From Candidatus Omnitrophota bacterium (GTDB taxonomy: Bacteria > Omnitrophota > Gorgyraeia > Gygaellales > Profunditerraquicolaceae), in assembly GCA_028716245.1 (NCBI GenBank), contig JAQUQW010000002.1:293346-357345 (forward strand): a stretch of 64,000 nucleotides of DNA. Reading direction: 5' to 3'. The notes beneath the pieces were generated by a model, which searched no databases, was not told the DNA's origin, and was given only the letters and a program-made list of their open reading frames with translations. Positions 58,103-64,000 of this stretch are shown one piece after another (position 1 is the stretch's first letter; each line of letters begins with the position of its first letter). The translations under genes and the position numbers were made by a program.

Positions 58103-58118
58103 TAGGGACGGTTCTATT
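58103..58118 (-). repeat. motif copy 2, inverted (TAGGGACGGTTCTATT), right flank of patatin gene
   Basis: Reverse complement AATAGAACCGTCCCTA. Confidence 0.65.
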
Positions 58119-58133
58119 AAGGAGTTTTATGAA

Positions 58134-58157
58134 AAATAGAACTGTCCCCTTTATTTT
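58134..58157 (+). repeat. motif copy 3 (AAATAGAACTGTCCCCTTTATTTT), inside the 18-aa mini-ORF upstream of tmk
   Basis: Read directly. Confidence 0.6.
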
Positions 58158-58188
58158 AGTGTTCTTTGCCTCCCGCCTGTGGTAAAAT

Positions 58189-58205
58189 GGTCCCTGTCCC
58201 TATTT
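58189..58205 (-). repeat. motif copy 4, inverted and degenerate (GGTCCCTGTCCCTATTT)
   Basis: Reverse complement AAATAGGGACAGGGACC. Confidence 0.45.
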
Positions 58206-58216
58206 AAAGGAAGGCT

Positions 58217-58825
58217 ATGAGAGGAAAATTTATTACATTTGAAGGGTCTGAAGGTTGCGGGAAGAGCACGCAGTCGAAGATGCTTTTTGGGTATCTTAAG
58301 GCCAAGGGGTTAAAGGCAATTTATCTGCGTGAGCCTGGCGGCGTCAAGGTAAGCGAGATGATTAGAGAGATATTGCTTAATCCTAAGAACAAGATATCGC
58401 CGGCGGCTGAGACTTTACTTTATATGGCTGCCCGCGCCCAGGTGGTTGAAGAGATTATTAAACCCGCGCTGATTGCCGGAAGAATAGTTGTCTGCGACCG
58501 GTTCATGGATTCGACGATTGCTTATCAAGGTTATGGTTTAGGCATCGATATCAAACTGATTAAAGTTATTGGTAATTTTGCCACCCAAGGCATCGCGCCG
58601 GATCTGACCATTTTTTTAGACCTGCCGATTAAAAGCGGGCTGAAACATCGGGATAACTGCAAGGACCGCATCGAGCAGCGCTCGGTTAGTTATCATGAAA
58701 AGGTAAGAAGAGGTTATCTTGCGCTGGCCAAGAATGAACCGCGAAGGATTAAAATCGTCAAAGTCCAGGAAGATAAATTTAAGACGCAAGAGAAGATCAG
58801 GGAGATCGTCAATGCGCTTGGCTGA
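58217..58825 (+). CDS. tmk: thymidylate kinase
   Basis: P-loop FEGSEGCGKST, DRF motif, LID region. Confidence 0.9.
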   Translation: MRGKFITFEGSEGCGKSTQSKMLFGYLKAKGLKAIYLREPGGVKVSEMIREILLNPKNKISPAAETLLYMAARAQVVEEIIKPALIAGRIVVCDRFMDSTIAYQGYGLGIDIKLIKVIGNFATQGIAPDLTIFLDLPIKSGLKHRDNCKDRIEQRSVSYHEKVRRGYLALAKNEPRRIKIVKVQEDKFKTQEKIREIVNALG

Positions 58826-59771
58826 TATTTTAGGGCACCAAAAACCTTTAGCGATAATTAACGCTTATATCCAAGGCTCCGGTTTTTCCGGAGGATTTAT
58901 TTTTAGCGGGCCGGAGGGGATCGGCAAGCGGATGGTCGCTAAAATGGCTGCCCAAAAATTAAACTGTACGGCTCAAACTGATAAACCCTGCGGCCTCTGT
59001 GATTCCTGCCGCAAGATCGAAAATTCAGGGCATCCGGATTTGCATATTATCGAAAACGGCGAAGCGCAAATAAAGATCGAAGATATCCGCGGTATTTTGC
59101 GGGAGGCAAGTTTTAAGCCGTATGAAGGGGCAATGAAGGTTTTTATTATCGATAACGCCCATAAGCTTAATACTGAAGCGGCAAACTCTTTGCTGAAAAT
59201 CCTGGAGGAGCCGCCTAAGAGCACGTTGATTATTTTAATCACGCATAAACCGCAGAATATTATCAAGACTGTGCTTAGCCGTTGCAGGATGATCAAATTT
59301 CCTTCTTTGGTCAGGGCGGAACTTGAAGAGGTTTTGATTAAAAATTATTCATTGGATAAGCTGAGCGCGCATTTTCTGGCCTATTATGCCGAAGGCAGAT
59401 TAGGCTTGGCTTTGAAGCTCAAGGATTCTTTGCAATTGCGGGAGAAGAACAAAATATTCGATTCTTTTGTGTTGTCCGCAAAGCCGCTGGATCGAAATTT
59501 AATGGGGCAAACTAAAGAGCAGCTGCGCTTTTCCTTAAATATTCTTGCTTCCTGGTTCAGGGATCTGTATCTGCTGAAAGCAGGATTGCGGGATAAAGAA
59601 ATAATCCATTTAGACCGCCAGGAGGATTTATTAAAATTAATACCTAAATATTCATTTAAGCAGCTTGACGATATTATGGCTACGATCTCAGAGAGCACCT
59701 TGTATTTGGAAAGAAATATTAACAGCAAATTACTTTTGCACAACTTAGGAGCGCAACTATGGAAGGCATGA
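58812..59771 (+). CDS. holB: DNA polymerase III subunit delta'
   Basis: AAA+-like fold with GPEGIGKR and Cys zinc module CGLCDSC. Start ATG 58812 overlaps the tmk stop. Confidence 0.85.
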   Translation: MRLADILGHQKPLAIINAYIQGSGFSGGFIFSGPEGIGKRMVAKMAAQKLNCTAQTDKPCGLCDSCRKIENSGHPDLHIIENGEAQIKIEDIRGILREASFKPYEGAMKVFIIDNAHKLNTEAANSLLKILEEPPKSTLIILITHKPQNIIKTVLSRCRMIKFPSLVRAELEEVLIKNYSLDKLSAHFLAYYAEGRLGLALKLKDSLQLREKNKIFDSFVLSAKPLDRNLMGQTKEQLRFSLNILASWFRDLYLLKAGLRDKEIIHLDRQEDLLKLIPKYSFKQLDDIMATISESTLYLERNINSKLLLHNLGAQLWKA

Positions 59772-60571
59772 TTTTAGTCCAACTGAGGAATTCCGGCATG
59801 GTCCAGCTTTATCAGGCGGGAAATTTAGTTTTAAAAGCCGGGGATTGCGTGATTGTCGAGCATGACCGGGGTTTGGATTACGGAAGCGTGGTTTTGCCGG
59901 GGCATGCCCGCTGCTGCGCCGTCGAAGAAGGCGGCGCAAAAGAGCCGCCGAAAAAGATAATCCGCCTGGCCAGGGAAAGCGACTTAAAACAGATCGAAGA
60001 TAACGTGATCAAAGCTAAGGAAGCGTATAGGGTTTGCGAGAAAAAGATCCTGGAGCATAAATTGGATATGAAGCTGGTTAAGGCGGAGTATTCTTTTGAC
60101 CGGACCAAAATTTTATTTTACTTTACCTCCGACGGCAGGGTGGATTTTCGTAACCTGGTAAAGGATTTGGCGAAAATGTTTAAGGCGCGCATTGAATTAA
60201 GGCAGATCGGGGTCAGGGATGAGGCCCGGCTTTTTGGCGGATATGGCTCATGCGGCCGCGAGCTTTGCTGCAAAAAATTCCTGAAAGATTTTGAGCCGGT
60301 AACCATCAAAATGGCCAAGGAAGAAGGCCTGCCGTTAAACCCTCCTAAAATTTCCGGTTTATGCGGGCGCCTGATGTGTTGCCTTTCGTATGAATATGAA
60401 ACTTATAAGCTGCTTTCAAAAGGCCTGCCGCACGAAGGGGAGCATGTTAGCACCCCGCAGGGCAAAGGCAAGGTGATCAACATTAATGTTTTTAAACGGG
60501 TAGTCACTGTCGAACTGGAAGAAGGCGGATACCTCGAGGTAAGTTATAAAGAAAAAGAGCATGGCAAATAA
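59759..60571 (+). CDS. ricT: PSP1 C-terminal domain protein (YaaT/RicT-like)
   Basis: ..YSFDRTKILFYFTSDGRVDFRNLVKDLAKMFKARIELRQIGVRDEA..GSCGRELCC. Confidence 0.85.
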   Translation: MEGMILVQLRNSGMVQLYQAGNLVLKAGDCVIVEHDRGLDYGSVVLPGHARCCAVEEGGAKEPPKKIIRLARESDLKQIEDNVIKAKEAYRVCEKKILEHKLDMKLVKAEYSFDRTKILFYFTSDGRVDFRNLVKDLAKMFKARIELRQIGVRDEARLFGGYGSCGRELCCKKFLKDFEPVTIKMAKEEGLPLNPPKISGLCGRLMCCLSYEYETYKLLSKGLPHEGEHVSTPQGKGKVININVFKRVVTVELEEGGYLEVSYKEKEHGK

Positions 60572-62096
60572 ATTTTATATTACTACTCCCATCTATTACG
60601 TGAATGCTTCTCCACATATCGGCCATTCATACACTAATATTGCCGCAGATACTTTGGCCCGCTATAACCGTAATATCCTGGGAAAAGAGAATGTTTGGTT
60701 TCTTACCGGAACCGATGAACACGGACAGAAGATCAAAAAAGCAGCGGATGAGGCCAAGCTTTCCCCGATTGAATTTGTCGATAAAGTAGTGATTCAATTC
60801 CGGGATTTATGGAAGAAACTTGAAATATCCAACGACGATTTTATTCGTACAACCCAAGATAGACATATTAAATTCGTGCAAAAAGCGCTGCAGATCGTCT
60901 ATGGTCAAGGGGATATTTACGAGGGTAAATACGAGGGTTGGTATTGCACTCCTTGTGAAACATTCTGGCCGCTTTCGCAGATCACGGATAATCTTTGCCC
61001 GGATTGCCACCGGCCGCTGGAAAAAATCAGTGAAACTAATTTTTTCTTTAAATTATCAAAATACCAGGATTGGTTGATTAAATATATCAAAGATACTGAT
61101 GAAAATCCGGAGCGGATCCATTATATCCAGCCGGTTTCCAGAAGGAATGAAGTTTTAGGGTTTTTAGAGAATAATAAATTAGAGGATCTTTGTATATCCA
61201 GGCCGGTTGAGCGGCTCAGCTGGGGCATACCTTTGCCGTTTAGCCCAAAGCATGTTACTTATGTCTGGTTTGACGCCTTAATTAATTATATCAGCGCGGT
61301 TGGTGAATTTGACAGTAAGGATATTTATCACTCCGACTGGTGGGATAAGGATGTTAAGGTGGTGCAGCTTTTGGGTAAAGATATTTTAAGACATCACGCG
61401 ATTTACTGGCCGATTATGCTGGAGGCTTTAGGGATCAGGCAGCCGGATACGATTTTTGCCCATGGCTGGTGGATGATCAATGAAGATAAGATGTCAAAAT
61501 CGCGCGGTAATGTGGTTAATCCGGTGGAGATGGCCGATAAATTCGGCATTGACGTTTACCGCTATTTTCTCCTTCGCGATGTGCCGTTTGGTTTAGACGG
61601 TAATTTTTCCGAAGAAGCGATAATCAAGAGATTTAACGGTGATCTAGCCAATGATTTAGGCAATCTTATTTATCGTACGCTGACGATGATTGAGAAATAC
61701 TACGCGGGAAAAATCCCGGATTTGAATATTGAGAATACCATTTATGACCAGAGCGGGGAGGCTATTAAAAGTAAATTGGCGGATTTAGGCAAAGAAGTTT
61801 CTCTGCCGCTTAGCTGGGGAAATGATTTTAGCCTGGCGCTGGAAAAAATTTGGGAGGTTATAGGAATAACGAATAAATATGTTGAAGAGACTAAGCCCTG
61901 GAATTTGGTGAAAGAAGGTAAAGATGAAGAGCTTAAAAGGTTCATTTCTTTATTGGTCCAGGCGATTCGAAAGATTGGCCGGGAAATCGCCCCGTTTATG
62001 CCAAAAACCGCGGAGTCGATTATCTTGCAATTGGGCGGCACCGAGATTAAAAAAGGCGCTCCTTTATTCCCGCGTATTGAAATTAAAAAGAAATAA
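60561..62096 (+). CDS. metG: methionine--tRNA ligase (short form, no C-terminal tRNA-binding domain)
   Basis: HIGH (PHIGHSY), KMSKS, zinc knuckle CTPCE..CPDC. Confidence 0.9.
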   Translation: MANKFYITTPIYYVNASPHIGHSYTNIAADTLARYNRNILGKENVWFLTGTDEHGQKIKKAADEAKLSPIEFVDKVVIQFRDLWKKLEISNDDFIRTTQDRHIKFVQKALQIVYGQGDIYEGKYEGWYCTPCETFWPLSQITDNLCPDCHRPLEKISETNFFFKLSKYQDWLIKYIKDTDENPERIHYIQPVSRRNEVLGFLENNKLEDLCISRPVERLSWGIPLPFSPKHVTYVWFDALINYISAVGEFDSKDIYHSDWWDKDVKVVQLLGKDILRHHAIYWPIMLEALGIRQPDTIFAHGWWMINEDKMSKSRGNVVNPVEMADKFGIDVYRYFLLRDVPFGLDGNFSEEAIIKRFNGDLANDLGNLIYRTLTMIEKYYAGKIPDLNIENTIYDQSGEAIKSKLADLGKEVSLPLSWGNDFSLALEKIWEVIGITNKYVEETKPWNLVKEGKDEELKRFISLLVQAIRKIGREIAPFMPKTAESIILQLGGTEIKKGAPLFPRIEIKKK

Positions 62097-62107
62097 GTTC
62101 TCGTTTT

Positions 62108-62872
62108 ATGTTAATTGACACGCATTGCCATCTTGATTTTCCTCCCTTTGACCCGGACCGCGACGCGGTTATCCAGCGGGCAAAAGCAGCGGGAATCGCT
62201 TATTTTATCAATATCGGTTCAACATTAGAATCTTCAGCTGCTTCCTGCGAATTGGCGCAAAAGTATGCGGAGGTTTATGCCAGCGTGGGAGTGCATCCGC
62301 ATGATGCCGATACTTTTGATCCTCAGGCGGAAAATAAATTAAAAAGCCTGGCGCGGAATAATAAGGTTGTCGCCATCGGTGAAACCGGTTTGGATTATTA
62401 CCGCAACTTATCCAGTCAAGATAACCAAAAACAGGCATTTATTAAACAGATTGCGTTAGCCAAAGATTTAAAGTTGCCGCTGGTGATCCACTGCCGGCAG
62501 GCGGAGAAAGATACGCTGCAGATTTTAAAAGCCGCATTGCCGCTTCGGGCGGTGGTGCATTGTTTTTCCGGGGATGAAAGTTTTTTGCGGGAATGTTTAA
62601 GCTGCGGATTTTTTATTTCATTTACCTGCAATATTACTTATAAAAAAGCTCAAGGCCTAAGGGATATGGTTAGCCTGACTCCGCTGGATAGGTTAATGCT
62701 TGAAACTGACGCGCCGTATTTGTCGCCGGAAGGTTTGCGCGGAAAACGCAATGAGCCGTTTCAGATAAAATTATTGGCAGAAGAGGTCAGCCGGATTAAG
62801 GGAGTAAGCTTTGAAGAGATTGCGAATAGGACAACTCGAAACGCCAAAGAATTCTTTAATTTAAAGGAATAA
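62108..62872 (+). CDS. tatD: TatD family metal-dependent DNase/hydrolase
   Basis: DTHCHLD N-terminus and conserved His/Glu/Asp metal ligands. Confidence 0.85.
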   Translation: MLIDTHCHLDFPPFDPDRDAVIQRAKAAGIAYFINIGSTLESSAASCELAQKYAEVYASVGVHPHDADTFDPQAENKLKSLARNNKVVAIGETGLDYYRNLSSQDNQKQAFIKQIALAKDLKLPLVIHCRQAEKDTLQILKAALPLRAVVHCFSGDESFLRECLSCGFFISFTCNITYKKAQGLRDMVSLTPLDRLMLETDAPYLSPEGLRGKRNEPFQIKLLAEEVSRIKGVSFEEIANRTTRNAKEFFNLKE

Positions 62873-62893
62873 ATAGAAACGGTCCCATTATTT
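62869..62893 (+). repeat. motif copy 5 (ATAAATAGAAACGGTCCCATTATTT) directly upstream of the DUF362 gene
   Basis: Identical over 26 nt to 57024..57049. Confidence 0.7.
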
Positions 62894-62896
62894 AGA

Positions 62897-64000
62897 ATGG
62901 ATGCTAAAGTTTCCGTAGTTAAATGCGCTGGGTATGAACCGGCAATAGTTGAGCAAGCGATAAGGGATACAGTTAATCTCTTAGGCGGGGTCACTAATTT
63001 TATTAAGCCCGGCTCCAGCGTGTTGGTTAAGCCCAATCTTTTAATGTCTAAGGGGCCGGAGTGCGGCATTACCACCCATCCGGAAGTAGTCAGGGCGGTA
63101 ATTCATATATTAAAGGAAATAAACTGCAAGATTATTATCGGTGATGGCCCAAGTGTCTGGGGTAAGTATATTGAAAATGTTGACCAGGTATATGATCTTA
63201 CCGGCATGAGGAAAGTTTGCCAGGAAGAGGATGTGCGCCTGGTTACTTTTGACAAGCGCAGGATGCGTGCTAAATTTCCGCTGACAACTTGGCTTGATGA
63301 ATGCGATCATTTAATCAGCCTGCCTAAATTTAAAACTCATGAATTTACTTTGCTTACCGGAGCAATTAAGAATCTTTTCGGCCTGGTTTCCGGCACCTAT
63401 AAAACCGAGCTGCATAAAAATTATTTTGAGCCGGCGGAATTTTCCAAGATCCTGGTGGATATATACCAGGAGGCTAGGCCCGCCCTGACGATTATCGATG
63501 GGATATTAGCCATGGAAGGGGATGGACCGGCAACCAACGGAAAACTTCGGCCGCTTGGCCTTTTATTAGGCGGTTCGGATTGCGTGGCTCTGGATACGGT
63601 GATGGCTAAGATTATGGGGATTACCAATCAGGAGGTTTTAACGACAAAAGAGGCAGCCCGGCGCGGCTTAGGGGAAAATCAGCTCAGCAGAATTAAGATT
63701 GAGGGGGAGGATATCGCTAAATTAAATATCCGGCCGTTTATCCTGCCGGTAACTTCGGCAAAAATAAGCAAGTTACCAACCGCGGTTAGAAAGATACTTA
63801 AATCCCTGATCAGGTATTATCCTTATTGTTTGAGCCCAAAATGCATCCGCTGCGGCCACTGCGTTAAGGTTTGCCCGCGCCAGTGTATTACTTTTAAAAA
63901 AAGCCGCATTCATTTTGATTACAAAAAATGTATCGCCTGTTTCTGTTGCCAGGAGAGCTGCCCGGAAGCAGCCATCGGAATAAAGAAAAGTATGTTGGCT
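62897..64000 (+). CDS. DUF362 domain protein with C-terminal 4Fe-4S ferredoxin-type motifs (3' end outside window)
   Basis: ORF open to the window end, so absent from the ORF track. MDAKVSVVKCAGYEP.. then CIRCGHCVKVCP and CIACFCCQESCP. Confidence 0.6.
   Translation, partial: MDAKVSVVKCAGYEPAIVEQAIRDTVNLLGGVTNFIKPGSSVLVKPNLLMSKGPECGITTHPEVVRAVIHILKEINCKIIIGDGPSVWGKYIENVDQVYDLTGMRKVCQEEDVRLVTFDKRRMRAKFPLTTWLDECDHLISLPKFKTHEFTLLTGAIKNLFGLVSGTYKTELHKNYFEPAEFSKILVDIYQEARPALTIIDGILAMEGDGPATNGKLRPLGLLLGGSDCVALDTVMAKIMGITNQEVLTTKEAARRGLGENQLSRIKIEGEDIAKLNIRPFILPVTSAKISKLPTAVRKILKSLIRYYPYCLSPKCIRCGHCVKVCPRQCITFKKSRIHFDYKKCIACFCCQESCPEAAIGIKKSMLA

Noticed and set aside
58170-58200. A -35/-10 promoter for tmk of the form TTGCCT..TAAAAT
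   Set aside because: The spacer is only 11 nt, so this is not a credible sigma70 promoter.
1-64000. CRISPR array search
   Set aside because: No run of exact 25-40-nt direct repeats with unique spacers anywhere. The repetitive units before lysS are degenerate and irregularly spaced.

Overview
This 64-kb window looks like a bacterial chromosome from a diderm (outer-membrane) organism. The evidence is FadL-family, MlaEFD, LolCDE and PagL-like genes. GC is moderate and the -35/-10 promoters are canonical. The window is mostly housekeeping and keeps Firmicutes-like gene orders: dnaX-recR, mcsA-mcsB-clpC-radA-yacL(PIN/TRAM)-ispD-ispF-cysE-cysS and tmk-holB-yaaT/ricT-metG-tatD. Among these lie small accessory islands. 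There are six tRNA genes: all four tRNA-Ser isoacceptors, a tRNA-Arg(ACG) immediately upstream of tadA, and a tRNA-Asn. The most unusual content is a minus-strand operon at 4471..9704. It encodes a FadL-like porin, a divergent PilZ domain fused to a radical-SAM enzyme, a multi-TM GAF histidine kinase and a receiver-only response regulator. Next to it is an AmmeMemoRadiSam-type radical-SAM gene interrupted by an in-frame amber codon. A previously unnamed palindromic 5'-leader element, CACCCCGCGC-N11..52-GCGCGGGTGT plus an RBS-proximal hairpin, recurs four times: before purU, ilvE, clpC and the response regulator. A 23-26-nt motif AAATAGAAACGGTCCC occurs five times, brackets a patatin-like phospholipase gene as an inverted pair, and precedes the DUF362 gene (the tmk copies are more diverged). 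An accessory island between cysS and tmk carries an IS110-family pseudogene, a YhcG/DUF1016 PDDEXK nuclease, a holin-like 4-TM protein and the patatin gene. A tRNA-Ser-adjacent mini-island holds a duplicated ~85-bp promoter cassette and a frameshifted polysaccharide deacetylase. No CRISPR array, rRNA or intact transposase was found. Three disrupted genes (the NodB deacetylase, the radical-SAM gene and the IS110 transposase) indicate either pseudogenization or consensus errors.
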